Origin: Thermoanaerobaculia bacterium
GTDB taxonomy: Bacteria; Acidobacteriota; Thermoanaerobaculia; Gp7-AA8
NCBI GenBank assembly: GCA_046260175.1
Contig: JBHEPS010000001.1
Location: 3,502 to 67,501, forward strand
DNA: 64,000 nucleotides
Direction: 5' to 3'
Shown here: positions 7,710-16,840 of the stretch, one piece after another
Position numbering within the stretch: the first letter of the stretch is position 1
How the letters are laid out: the number at the start of each line of letters is the position of its first letter
Program-made: the position numbers and the translations under genes
The notes under the pieces: generated by a model
Told to the model about the DNA's origin: nothing
Database searches by the model: none
Seen by the model: only the letters and a program-made list of their open reading frames with translations

Positions 7710-9875
7710 CTAATCGTCGCTGTCGAACACCCGCCGGATGCGGGCAAAAAAGCTCTCCACCCGCTGGCGGTTCTGGTCCACCTCGTGCGCCCAGCGGCGG
7801 AACTTGTCGAAGGTGATCGCCGCCGGCTCGTCGAACGACTCCTCGTCGAAGAGGATCTTCCGCGCGATCTGGCCGAGCAAACCTCGCGGGCACTCACGCG
7901 TGGGCGCGGTCCCGGATAGAAACACTTCGCGTCGGGGGCCGGGACATCCCTCGGCCCAGACCCAGCCCGATTGGGGATCGATGTTCCGGAAGACGACACC
8001 CTCCGGCGCGTCGATCTCCTTCCGGCTCGTCTTGATCCGGCTCATGTAGGTCCCCCAGATCGGGACCGCGGCCTCGGCTGACGAGAGCCGAAGCGGAGCT
8101 CCGCGATCGGTACCCACCCATACCGCCGTGACGAGGTCGGGGGTGTATCCGGCGAACCAGGCATCGCGGTAATCGCTCGTCGTTCCCGTTTTTCCCGCCG
8201 TGTGGCCGAGTCCGTATCGGCTCAGACGGCTCGCAGTGCCGCGTCGGACCACGCCCCGCAGCAGCGAGTGCATGACGTAGGCGACCGCCGGAGAAGTGAC
8301 CTCGATTTTCTGCGGCTCGTGACGGTAGAGCAATCTTCCGTTTCGGTCGTGCATCTCTGCGAGCAGGAAAGGATCGGTTCGCGTTCCAAGATTCGGAAAG
8401 ATCGTATAGGCACCCGCGAGCTCTCTCATGGACACTCCGGCCACTCCGAGGGAAAGCGCAGGAACCGCATCGATTTCGCCCTCGAAACCGGCTTCGCGTG
8501 CTCCCGCGACGACCTTGCGCAGACCGACCTCACGGCTGATCCGGATCGCAGGAATGTTCAATGACTTCTCGAATGCCTCGCGCAGGGTCACGCGGCCGCG
8601 AAACCGCTCGTCGTAGTTGTGCGGCTCCCATACGTCGTTGAGAGCGAGCTCGATGCGGAGGGGAGTGTCCTGAATGAGCGTCGCGGGAGTGAAGTTGCGG
8701 GATTCGATTGCCGTCAGATAGGCGAATGGCTTGAAGGCTGAGCCGGGCTGGCGCCTCATTGCCGACGTGCGGTCGAGGCTTCGCGAGCGGGGGTCGGCAC
8801 CGCTGACGAGAGCGCGTACGGCTCCAGTCTCGGGATCGATCGAGAGGAGCGCAGCCTGTACCCGGGCGTCGCCCGCCGCGTCGAGCCAATCGAAGCGCTG
8901 GCGAAGCCGGCGGGTTTCGATCCGGACGGCGCGCTCGGCTTCCTGCTGCATTGCGGGATCGATCGTAGCGACGATGCGCAGCCCGCCCTGGCGCAGAGCC
9001 TCTTCTCCGGCGCGTTCGGCGATCTCGGCGCGCAATGCGTCGAGATAATGCCGCCACGGCGTCTGCGGAAGCCCGCCTCCCGTGAACCGGGCCCGCGTCT
9101 TCAGCGCTTCGTCGTACTGCTCTTCATCGAGCCATCCTTCGTCCTTCATCCGCTCGAGGATGCGGTTCCGTCTCTCGCGGGCGAGCTCCGGGCGCTTCTC
9201 GGGCGTGTCGCGGTTCGGCGCCGGGACGATCGCGGCGATCAGCGCAACCTCGGCAGGGGTGAGTTTCTCGGGAGCCTTGTCGAAGAAGAGGCGGGAAGCC
9301 TCGTCCAGACCGCGGATCGAGTGGCCTCGCTGGTGTCCGAGGTAGACTTCGTTCAGGTAGGCCTCGAGGATCTCGTCCTTCGACATCCTCGCGTCGAGAA
9401 TGACCGCGAGGATCGCCTCGATCGCCTTGCGGCGGTACGTCCGCTCGCTGCTGAGAAGAAGCGACTTGACCAGCTGCTGGTCGATCGTGCTTCCACCCTG
9501 CCCGACCCGGCCCGAGCGAATATTCGAAACCAGAGCGCGCATGATTCCGATCGGATCGATGCCGGGATGGCGCCTGAAGCGAACGTCTTCCGCGGCGATG
9601 AATGCGTTCGGAACGTAGTCCGGGATCTGGTCGAGCAGCACCGGTTCGGTAGCCCGCCAGTCGCCACCGTAGAGCTCGAGAATCGGCTCTCCTTCGCCAT
9701 CGCCGTTCGCGAAGATCAGTGTCGGCGTCTTCCACTGCTGAGCGACGAGGACCTCGGACATCCGATAATTCAGCCATCCGAGATAGAGCGAGAAGAGCTG
9801 AATCGCGATCGCGATCGGCGTCACCGCGATGGCGAGCAGCGTATTTCGACTCATTCTCACGCGTGACATTTGCAC
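7710..9875 (-). CDS. mrcA: Bifunctional class A penicillin-binding protein (glycosyltransferase GT51 plus transpeptidase)
   Basis: N-terminal TM helix. GT51 motifs (EDVRFRRHPGIDPIG, RVGQGGSTIDQQLVK). Transpeptidase motifs SAFKPF (SxxK) and KTGTT. Confidence 0.85.
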   Translation of the reverse strand: MQMSRVRMSRNTLLAIAVTPIAIAIQLFSLYLGWLNYRMSEVLVAQQWKTPTLIFANGDGEGEPILELYGGDWRATEPVLLDQIPDYVPNAFIAAEDVRFRRHPGIDPIGIMRALVSNIRSGRVGQGGSTIDQQLVKSLLLSSERTYRRKAIEAILAVILDARMSKDEILEAYLNEVYLGHQRGHSIRGLDEASRLFFDKAPEKLTPAEVALIAAIVPAPNRDTPEKRPELARERRNRILERMKDEGWLDEEQYDEALKTRARFTGGGLPQTPWRHYLDALRAEIAERAGEEALRQGGLRIVATIDPAMQQEAERAVRIETRRLRQRFDWLDAAGDARVQAALLSIDPETGAVRALVSGADPRSRSLDRTSAMRRQPGSAFKPFAYLTAIESRNFTPATLIQDTPLRIELALNDVWEPHNYDERFRGRVTLREAFEKSLNIPAIRISREVGLRKVVAGAREAGFEGEIDAVPALSLGVAGVSMRELAGAYTIFPNLGTRTDPFLLAEMHDRNGRLLYRHEPQKIEVTSPAVAYVMHSLLRGVVRRGTASRLSRYGLGHTAGKTGTTSDYRDAWFAGYTPDLVTAVWVGTDRGAPLRLSSAEAAVPIWGTYMSRIKTSRKEIDAPEGVVFRNIDPQSGWVWAEGCPGPRREVFLSGTAPTRECPRGLLGQIARKILFDEESFDEPAAITFDKFRRWAHEVDQNRQRVESFFARIRRVFDSDD

Positions 9876-9966
9876 CGGCTTCGCCTACATTCTGATGGTT
9901 GCATCCTGTAAGCAACGTAACTGCCACGGGTCGAGATTGCAGGCGTCGAAAGGAGAGGGAAACCCT

Positions 9967-10437
9967 ATGGCCACCAAGAAGGCCTCCAAGAAGAAGCGTG
10001 CGGTGAAGAAAGCCGCCCCTGCGAAGGCCGGTAAGGCTTCGAGGAAATCCGCGAAAAGGAAACCCGCGAAAGCAGCATCGAAAAAGAAATCGACTGCTAA
10101 AAAGTCGGCGCGACCCGCCGCCAAAAAAGCCGGCGCGAGGCCGGCAAGAAAAACCGCTCGGAAGCCGGCCAGAAAGACCGCTCGGAAGCCGGCAGCCAGA
10201 AAGACCGCCAGAAAGCCGGCGGCGAAGAAGGCGGTTAAGAGACGCTCCACCGGGGCCTCGAAGCGCTCCACGAAGAAGGTCTCCGCCAGAAAGACCACCC
10301 GGCGAGCCGGAACGAAGTCACGCACAAAGAAGAAAACCGTGATTCAGAAGGCTCAGAGCGTAGTCGGTCGCGCGGTCGACGCCGTGAAGGAAGCCGCTTC
10401 CGACGTCAAGGATACGGTCACCTCGATCGTCACCTGA
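9967..10437 (+). CDS. Histone H1-like Lys/Ala-rich nucleoid protein
   Basis: Strong RBS (AAAGGAGAGGG) 8 nt upstream of the ATG. The 157-aa protein is about 40% Lys/Arg/Ala with ARKTARKP repeats and a C-terminal globular tail. A rho-independent terminator follows. The longer upstream extension in the six-frame track is not supported. Confidence 0.7.
   Translation: MATKKASKKKRAVKKAAPAKAGKASRKSAKRKPAKAASKKKSTAKKSARPAAKKAGARPARKTARKPARKTARKPAARKTARKPAAKKAVKRRSTGASKRSTKKVSARKTTRRAGTKSRTKKKTVIQKAQSVVGRAVDAVKEAASDVKDTVTSIVT
10144..10225. repeat. Tandem 24-nt coding repeat (AGAAAGACCGCTCGGAAGCCGGC-like, about 3.5 copies) inside the H1-like gene
   Basis: The direct repeats are seen in the sequence and encode the ARKTARKP octapeptide units. 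Confidence 0.6.
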
Positions 10438-10459
10438 ACCGCCGTTCCAACAAGTCATC

Positions 10460-10493
10460 AAACGTGAAAAGGCCCGGCTCGCAGCCGGGCCTT
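10460..10493 (+). terminator. Rho-independent terminator after the H1-like gene
   Basis: AAAAGGCCCGGCTCGCAGCCGGGCCTTTTCATG: a GC-rich 10-bp stem followed by a T tract. Confidence 0.75.
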
Positions 10494-10526
10494 TTCATGT
10501 TCACGGCAACGCCCGAATTTGCTTTC

Positions 10527-10561
10527 CCTAGCCCCTGACCCCTAGCCCCCAGCCCCTGCTC
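10527..10561 (-). repeat. G-quadruplex-forming repeat; the G-rich strand is the minus strand (inverted copy of 3793-3828)
   Basis: The + strand reads CCCTAGCCCCTGACCCCTAGCCCCCAGCCCCTGCTC. The reverse complement is GAGCAGGGGCTGGGGGCTAGGGGTCAGGGGCTAGGG. It starts 7 nt after the stop of the minus-strand gene 10565-11638. Confidence 0.7.
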
Positions 10562-10564
10562 TTA

Positions 10565-11638
10565 TCACTGGACCGTGGCGAAGAAGTTCTGAACGCGTTT
10601 CGGGAAGTAATTGGAATCGAGTCTTCCGTTGCCGTGCTGACGAGCTTTCCGGAAAGCGTCGATCGCCGCCTGCTCTTCCCGGTCGTTGGTCTGTCCGCTC
10701 AGGTACCAGTTGTAGTAATGGGACGCGCCGAGGAATGCCCAGAGCAGCGAGTTCTCGCGCTCTTCGTTCGCGAGACGGTCGAAGGCCTGAATCGATCGGG
10801 TGAAGTCTCCCGAAAAGTACGCCTCGACGGCTGCCCGGACGCGCTGCCTCTTCTGCGAAAGCGCATCCTCGGTTGCCGCAGTTGCGACTTTCGCCGTCGT
10901 CGGCTCCTTGCTCGCCTTCTGCTGGGCGATCTGGTTCTTCGTGATCGCGAGATTGAGGGTCGACAGGGCGCGATTGGCCGTCTTCTCAACCGCGATCCAG
11001 TCCGAAGCCGTGTCGGCCTGTGCCGAGTCCTGCTGAGCCGAGAGCATCAGGCGCTCCCCGTCGGCGAACTCCGGTTGAGAGCCGGCCCTTGCCCGGCGAG
11101 CCTTTTCGTGGGCATCGCGCGCGGCGGTAAGGGCCTCGCGCGCCCGCGATCGTGCGGGGGCGAGATTCGGATCGATCTGGGGTTGCTGGGTGACGGTGGT
11201 CGTAGGAGTGACCGGTTGCTGAATAGGCGGCTGCTGAGCGACCGTCGTCGTGGGGACCTCGGGCTGACTCTGCCTGGCGAGTTGCATCTCCGCGCGTCCG
11301 AGGATTGAATCAGGCGCGCCGAGCTTCACGGATCCCTGACCCGTCGCTTTGCGAAGGTCCTCGATCCCGGCTTCGAGATTCCCGAGCTCGACGTTCGCCA
11401 GCCCTCGGTAATAGTAGGGGTGGTAGGCGATGAACCCGGTGCCCGTCGTCCTCTCGCGGGCGTTCTCCTTCGGCCGCGCCTTGATGGCCGCCGACATCTT
11501 CTGAACCACGACCGACCACTGCCCGCTCTGAGCCGCTTTCAGCCCTGCCTCGTAGTCGTCGAGCCAGTCCGCCTCCGCCGGCGCGGCGGCGAGCGTGAGG
11601 AGCATCGCAGCGACGATCAGGATGCGGACACGAATCAT
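10565..11638 (-). CDS. Secreted hypothetical protein with TPR-like segments; last gene of the kinase operon
   Basis: Signal peptide (MIRVRILIVAAMLLTLAAAPAEA). A Gln/Pro/Thr-rich linker. TPR-like helices (YYYRGLANVELGNLEAGIEDL; WAFLGASHYYNWYLSG). It overlaps the upstream kinase stop by 4 nt. Confidence 0.5.
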   Translation of the reverse strand: MIRVRILIVAAMLLTLAAAPAEADWLDDYEAGLKAAQSGQWSVVVQKMSAAIKARPKENARERTTGTGFIAYHPYYYRGLANVELGNLEAGIEDLRKATGQGSVKLGAPDSILGRAEMQLARQSQPEVPTTTVAQQPPIQQPVTPTTTVTQQPQIDPNLAPARSRAREALTAARDAHEKARRARAGSQPEFADGERLMLSAQQDSAQADTASDWIAVEKTANRALSTLNLAITKNQIAQQKASKEPTTAKVATAATEDALSQKRQRVRAAVEAYFSGDFTRSIQAFDRLANEERENSLLWAFLGASHYYNWYLSGQTNDREEQAAIDAFRKARQHGNGRLDSNYFPKRVQNFFATVQ

Positions 11639-13398
11639 TGTCTGAGAATGTCCTCGACGACCTGATCGAGGTCGACCGGGGAACTGATGTCCGCATGGTA
11701 CGTCGCGGGAGCCCCGCTATCCACTTGAATCCGACGCGTGACGGGCCGCCCGGCGCGGTCGCGGAGGGTCACCTCGTAGGTTCCGGCAATCAAATTCGAA
11801 ACACGAACGGGAACGATTCTGTCGTCTTCGGACAGTTGCACCGGCTGCTCGGACTCGAGATGCTGGAGGCCCTGGATCTCGAGACCAGGGCTTCCCGTCA
11901 GCAGAAGGACGCTCGTGCGGTCGCCGGGAGCGGTCGAGGTGAGTGGAGTCACTCCCGTGATCGAGGCCATCGAGGTTCCGGTGGCCGAGTCGGTCGATGT
12001 CCCGCTGCGGCTGAACATGACCCCTCCGATGATTACGAGGACCAGTGCGGCCGCCGCTGCCCCGATCCAGATCGCGGGCTTTCGCCGGCCGGCCGCGGGT
12101 GAGGTGATCCTCTCGAAGACGGTCGCCGCGGCGGAGCTGCCCAGCTTCGGTTCCACCCGTGTCGGGGCGGCCGAAGCGCCGAGGGAATCGATCATCGTCG
12201 GGACGGCCGCGGCGTCGCCGGAGCCGAAGGCGGTGGGCGCACCGCCGGCCGTTCGCTCGACCACGGTTGGAGCCGCGCCACTCTCGATCACCGTGGGAGC
12301 GGCGTCGGCAGAAGTGACAGAAGTCTGGCGGGTCGATCCCGTGCCGGCGAACGGCTTTCCGTCCACGAGGGTTGGAGTTGCCGACAGGGTGATCATCCGC
12401 TCGCCGAGCCCGTACTTCGACTCCGGCTGAATCGAGGCGCGGACCGACTGGAGGTCCTCGATCAGGGCCGTCGTGTCGTGATGACGCGACTCGCGATCCT
12501 TCTCGAGCACCTTGAGAACGATGCTCTCGAGGGAGGCCGGCACCTTGACGTCCGGGTTGATCTCGGAAAACGAAAGCGGCTTCTCGGTGGCGTGCTTGAG
12601 GATGTATCCGTGAGGGTTGGTGGCGAGGAATGGCGTTCGGCCCGCCAGCATCTCGTAGAGGACGATGCCGAACGAGTAGAGGTCGCTGCGAGCGTCGAGA
12701 TGCTCCCCCTCCTTGATGAATCCGGCCTGCTCGGGAGAGGCGTACTTGAGCTTTCCGAGGAACATGCCGGTCTGTGTCAGCCCCTGGCCCCCCTCGCCTT
12801 CGGAAAGCTGTTTCGCAATCCCGAAGTCGATCACTTTGACGAGCAGCTTTCCCCTCTGGTCCTGGGAAAGCATGATGTTCTCGGGAGAGATGTCGCGATG
12901 AATGATCCCCATCTCGTGGAGGGCGCCGAGGCCGCCGAGCGCCTGGATGGCGATCTCCACCGCCAGGCGCGGGGGGACGGGACCGTTCGACGCGATCCAC
13001 TTCTGGATGTTCACTCCATCGATGAACTCCCAGACCATGTAGTAGGAACCGTCGTCGAGAGTCGAGAAGTCATAGAGCATCGCCAGGCTGCGATGCTTGA
13101 CCGTCGTCGCCAGCCGGGCCTCGTAGAGGAATCGCTGCAACGCCTGCTCGTCGGCGGCGATGTTCGCGCGCATGATCTTGATCACGCGCTGCTCGCCCAG
13201 GTGAATGTGGCGGACCTTGAAGATCTCGCCCATTCCACCGACTCCGAGCCGGTCCAGGATCTGGTACTTGCCGTCGATCAGCCGGGTCGAGTACGTGCGC
13301 TGAAAGTCAGTGACTTTCTCGCTGCACGAAGGACACGCCTCCGCACGCGGATCGAGTTGTGTTTTGCAGCGCAGGCAGATCAGTTCTGTGGGGGCCAT
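11635..13398 (-). CDS. Ser/Thr protein kinase: N-terminal zinc ribbon, kinase domain, Ala/Pro/Thr-rich linker, TM helix and extracellular C-terminal domain
   Basis: CxxC...CxxC ribbon (CLRCKTQLDPRAEACPSC). Kinase motifs GxGxxG (LGVGGMGE), HRDISPENIML, DFGIAK and SPEQ. TM helix AIWIGAAAAALVLVIIGGVMF. Confidence 0.85.
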   Translation of the reverse strand: MAPTELICLRCKTQLDPRAEACPSCSEKVTDFQRTYSTRLIDGKYQILDRLGVGGMGEIFKVRHIHLGEQRVIKIMRANIAADEQALQRFLYEARLATTVKHRSLAMLYDFSTLDDGSYYMVWEFIDGVNIQKWIASNGPVPPRLAVEIAIQALGGLGALHEMGIIHRDISPENIMLSQDQRGKLLVKVIDFGIAKQLSEGEGGQGLTQTGMFLGKLKYASPEQAGFIKEGEHLDARSDLYSFGIVLYEMLAGRTPFLATNPHGYILKHATEKPLSFSEINPDVKVPASLESIVLKVLEKDRESRHHDTTALIEDLQSVRASIQPESKYGLGERMITLSATPTLVDGKPFAGTGSTRQTSVTSADAAPTVIESGAAPTVVERTAGGAPTAFGSGDAAAVPTMIDSLGASAAPTRVEPKLGSSAAATVFERITSPAAGRRKPAIWIGAAAAALVLVIIGGVMFSRSGTSTDSATGTSMASITGVTPLTSTAPGDRTSVLLLTGSPGLEIQGLQHLESEQPVQLSEDDRIVPVRVSNLIAGTYEVTLRDRAGRPVTRRIQVDSGAPATYHADISSPVDLDQVVEDILRQ

Positions 13399-14633
13399 GG
13401 GTCGGTTCCTTCGTCCCGTCTGCGAGATCGAATCGTATAGCTGCAGGCGGGATCGGCGCCGAAGCGGACGATGTCCCCGGGCTGCAGTTTCGCGCTTTCG
13501 ACGCGAGCATTGTTCACATACGTCCCGTTCGCAGATTTGAGATCTTCAATGAGAAACGATGCGGGGGTAACGGTAATTCTCGCATGCCGCCGCGACACGG
13601 CGGGGTGAGGGACCACGATGGCGCAGGTACGGTCCCGGCCGATGAGAGCGCTTTCCCCGCTCACCGCGTGTTTCCCGCTGACCCCTTCGAGCAGCCACTG
13701 CAGGTCGGGAGCACCGCCGGAAGTCCGCACCGTGGCGTCGTCCGCGGCCACGGGAGACGGGGAAGCGGCAAAAATCCGCTGTTTGTAACTCTCGAGAGCG
13801 TCGCAGAGGTCCTGGGCGGTCTGGTAGCGCTTCTTCGGGTCGGGAGCCATCCCCTCGAGCACAATCGCGTCGAGAGAAGAATCGAGGGCCGGCCGAAGCG
13901 CGCTGGGCGGAGCCTTTCCCCCCTTGTAGATCGCCTCGATGAGCTTCGGAAGCGACCGCTGCGTGAATGGCAGTGAGCCCGTCAGCATCTCGTAGAGCAC
14001 GACCGAAGTCGAATAGATGTCGCACGACGCGCCGGCCTCTTTCGGGTCGCGAATCTGCTCGGGTGACATGTAGTGAGGCGTGCCGAGAAGGAAACCCGCC
14101 CTCGTCAGCACGGTCGCCGCCACCGCAGTCGCACCCGCATCTTCCTTGATCTTGGCGATGCCGAAGTCGGTCACCTTCAGTCCGCCCTCTTTCGACTTGA
14201 TGAGATTGGCGGGCTTGATGTCCCGGTGGATGATGCCGCGCCCGTGGGCGTATGTGAGCGCTTCGAGCAGGCACTGCGTGATCGACAGGGCGTCACCTAC
14301 GCTCAACGCGCCCCGTTGAGAGATCAGCTTGTCGACCGGATGGCCGTCCGCGAACTCCATCACGAGGACTGCCCCGGTATCCCTCTCGATGAATTCGTAG
14401 AAACGCGTGATGTACCGGTGGCGGAGCTGCGCGAGAATCCGCGCTTCCTTCACGAAGCGCTTGCGCGCCGTCACCTCGCCCGCAAGCTCGGCAGACATCA
14501 CCTTGAGGACGACCAGGTGACCTTCCGGCAGCAGGGGGGTCGCGCTCAGCGTGCGCCCGATGTAGACGTGACTCATGCCCCCTTCCGACAGGTCGCGCTC
14601 GACGCGGTAATTGCCGACCACCGTGCCGATCAT
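13380..14633 (-). CDS. Ser/Thr protein kinase with a C-terminal FHA domain (cytoplasmic)
   Basis: HRDIKPANLI, DFGIAK and SPEQ motifs. C-terminal FHA signature (ALIGRDRTCAIVV...VSRRHARI...SANGTYVNN). Confidence 0.85.
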   Translation of the reverse strand: MIGTVVGNYRVERDLSEGGMSHVYIGRTLSATPLLPEGHLVVLKVMSAELAGEVTARKRFVKEARILAQLRHRYITRFYEFIERDTGAVLVMEFADGHPVDKLISQRGALSVGDALSITQCLLEALTYAHGRGIIHRDIKPANLIKSKEGGLKVTDFGIAKIKEDAGATAVAATVLTRAGFLLGTPHYMSPEQIRDPKEAGASCDIYSTSVVLYEMLTGSLPFTQRSLPKLIEAIYKGGKAPPSALRPALDSSLDAIVLEGMAPDPKKRYQTAQDLCDALESYKQRIFAASPSPVAADDATVRTSGGAPDLQWLLEGVSGKHAVSGESALIGRDRTCAIVVPHPAVSRRHARITVTPASFLIEDLKSANGTYVNNARVESAKLQPGDIVRFGADPACSYTIRSRRRDEGTDPWPPQN

Positions 14634-15223
14634 GGGACGAGCCTCGGGTCGGTCCAGGAGAGGTCGAGACGGATGAAGACCAGACGTTGAGAGCCGACGC
14701 GGATGATGTCGTGATGCTCGAGATCGCAGCGCGGCTCGATCTCGGCATCGTTCACATAGGTCCCGTTGGTCGAGTTGCGATCCATCAGGATGAATCGTTG
14801 CTCCTCCGGCCTGTAGATCAGGTCGGCGTGATGGTTCGAGGTCTGATCGTCCGCGATTGGAACGTCCGAGCTCGGATCGCGACCGATCGTGTTCTTTCCG
14901 ATCCGGATCGTGAACGCGTCGCCCCGAATCGATGTGGAGATTCCGACCAGCCAGCCCACGACGAGCCCGGATCGCGTCGGCTCGAGGCCGAACGACGCCT
15001 TCGGCACTGCCACCGTCCGGCTGGGAGGCTCGGTCGCCGGCGCGCTCGAGGGCTCAGGACGCCTGGCCGTCCCCACGGGGCCATGCGGATTCGTCGAGCC
15101 TGCCCCGCGCGGACGAACGACCGGGATCTGACCCGTCGACACCTCAGGCGGGCAGAATGGGCAGAGATCCCAGCTTGCGTCGATCCGGTGCCCGCGAGGG
15201 CAGACTTTTTCTCCCACTTTCAT
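14630..15223 (-). CDS. Zinc-ribbon plus FHA domain protein (only the C-terminal 197 codons of the 492-aa six-frame ORF are coding)
   Basis: MKVGEKVCPRGHRIDASWDLCPFCP ribbon, a Pro-rich linker, and an FHA domain (TIRIGKNTIGRD...HHADLIY...STNGTYVND). The ATGA junction with the upstream gene fixes the start at 15223. Confidence 0.7.
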   Translation of the reverse strand: MKVGEKVCPRGHRIDASWDLCPFCPPEVSTGQIPVVRPRGAGSTNPHGPVGTARRPEPSSAPATEPPSRTVAVPKASFGLEPTRSGLVVGWLVGISTSIRGDAFTIRIGKNTIGRDPSSDVPIADDQTSNHHADLIYRPEEQRFILMDRNSTNGTYVNDAEIEPRCDLEHHDIIRVGSQRLVFIRLDLSWTDPRLVP

Positions 15224-16833
15224 CGGTGGAACGCCACCGCAATGGCGTTCCGGCCTCCAAAATTGATGATGTCGCCGTCGCGGAGCTCGTGATGCGCAAC
15301 GCGCTTTCCTCCCACCCAGGTGCCGTTGGACGAGTTCCGATCCACCAATAATACTCTCCCGCCGCTGCGAAGCACCTCGGCGTGCAGGCGCGAGATCCTC
15401 GGGTCCGGGATCACGACCTCGCACTCGTTCCGTTCCCTTCCGATCCGGATTCCGGAACCGGCAAGACCGATCCTCTCGCCCGCCCGAGGTCCGTTGAGGA
15501 AAGTGAGCTTCCCCGTCAAAGAGCTCTCCCCGGTACCCTGGATGGGCTCTGGTTCCGCCGCGGGTGAGCGCACGACCCGGAGCGGCCTCCGGCCGCGGAG
15601 AGCGGCGACGAGCAGGGTAACGACGATCAGGAGAAAAACAGCGGAAGCGACCGTGACGAGGGTCGTCTCGCGCCACCAGGGGATGGAGCCGAGTCTCCCG
15701 CGGACGTCGCGCCGCAGGCGCGAGACATCCGGGTTGCCTGAAAAAGCCTCTTCGGCTCGGTCGAGCTGCGCTTGAGCCTCTCGCCAGCGGCCTCCCTCGA
15801 TCGCGTCGAGAGCGGCGCGGTAGCGGGGCGAGAAGCTGCCGGTCTCCTCGAGCCTCAGATCGAGGTTTCTGAGGCGAGCGTTGGCGACATTGATCGGCAC
15901 GATGAAACGGATGGAGTCGGCGCTGGCGTGACCCCAGGTCACCAGGCCGATCGCGCGCCCCTGGTGATCGGTGACCGGCCCTCCGGACGTTCCCGGGTAG
16001 AGGGGGATATCGGTCTGAAAGACCGGGACGTTCGCGATGTTCTTGCGAACCGCGGTGATGCTGCCACGGTTCACGGTCGCCTCGAGGTCCGTTTCCTGCG
16101 AAAGCCACCCACCGATGGTTTCGTCCGTGCTGCTCGCGACCGATGGGTAACCGAATACCAGAACGGCATCCTGAATGCGCACTTTGTCGGAATCACCCAG
16201 AACCACGGTGGGCAGGTCGTGAGCGGCGATCCGGAGGATAGCGACGTCGTCCCCATGATCCCGAAGCGAGGGGGAGAAATCGAGGATCGAGAAAGGGACC
16301 GTCAGTCCGTTGGAGAGCTCTATCTCGCGCCAGGTGCGGATCTGGCGAAGCGAGCCGGCCTGGGCCAGCATCACGATCAGGGGCTCGAGGGCGGAGGTGC
16401 GCTCGAGCGTACGAAGGGAATCGATCGGGTAACGAGCCAGGAGCGCGGCTGCCGCGCCGTTGCGAGCGAGCTCGCGCTGAACGGCGGCAGGATCGCGAAC
16501 CAGGCTGATGACGTGCCCGCTGGTGAGGATGATCCCGTCCGGATGCACGGCGAAGCCCGATCCTGACCCGCCGGCGCCGGTATCGACCTCGACAGGACGG
16601 GTCGGCCACTCCTGCGGCTCGGCGAGGCCCCGTCGGACGATCCGGTCGTGCGCCGCCCCGGCGGCAGCCGCGTCGATGACGAAACGGGCGGTCGCGTAGG
16701 CGCGAACGCGGACCACCGCCGGTCGAACCTCGTAAACCGTGCGCTGGACGGGAGCGAGCAGCGGCTCATGATCCCGGCAGCCGATGAGAAGCGGAATCGC
16801 GATCAACAGTGCAGCGCGCACCGGGGAGGTCAT
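15220..16833 (-). CDS. Lipoprotein trypsin-like serine protease (periplasmic), one TM helix, and a cytoplasmic FHA domain
   Basis: Lipobox LLIGC. Catalytic His (LTSGHVI), Asp (DVAILRI) and Ser (GTSGGPV). TM helix TLVTVASAVFLLIVVTLLVAAL. C-terminal FHA (IRIGRERNECEVVI...SRLHAEV...SSNGTWVGG). Confidence 0.75.
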   Translation of the reverse strand: MTSPVRAALLIAIPLLIGCRDHEPLLAPVQRTVYEVRPAVVRVRAYATARFVIDAAAAGAAHDRIVRRGLAEPQEWPTRPVEVDTGAGGSGSGFAVHPDGIILTSGHVISLVRDPAAVQRELARNGAAAALLARYPIDSLRTLERTSALEPLIVMLAQAGSLRQIRTWREIELSNGLTVPFSILDFSPSLRDHGDDVAILRIAAHDLPTVVLGDSDKVRIQDAVLVFGYPSVASSTDETIGGWLSQETDLEATVNRGSITAVRKNIANVPVFQTDIPLYPGTSGGPVTDHQGRAIGLVTWGHASADSIRFIVPINVANARLRNLDLRLEETGSFSPRYRAALDAIEGGRWREAQAQLDRAEEAFSGNPDVSRLRRDVRGRLGSIPWWRETTLVTVASAVFLLIVVTLLVAALRGRRPLRVVRSPAAEPEPIQGTGESSLTGKLTFLNGPRAGERIGLAGSGIRIGRERNECEVVIPDPRISRLHAEVLRSGGRVLLVDRNSSNGTWVGGKRVAHHELRDGDIINFGGRNAIAVAFHR

Positions 16834-16840
16834 GGACGTC

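Noticed and set aside
14630-16108. The 492-aa ORF from the six-frame track, treated as one gene
   Set aside because: Only its C-terminal 197 codons (Zn ribbon plus FHA) look like protein. The upstream part overlaps the real trypsin-FHA gene in another frame. The ATGA junction at 15220-15223 gives the true start.
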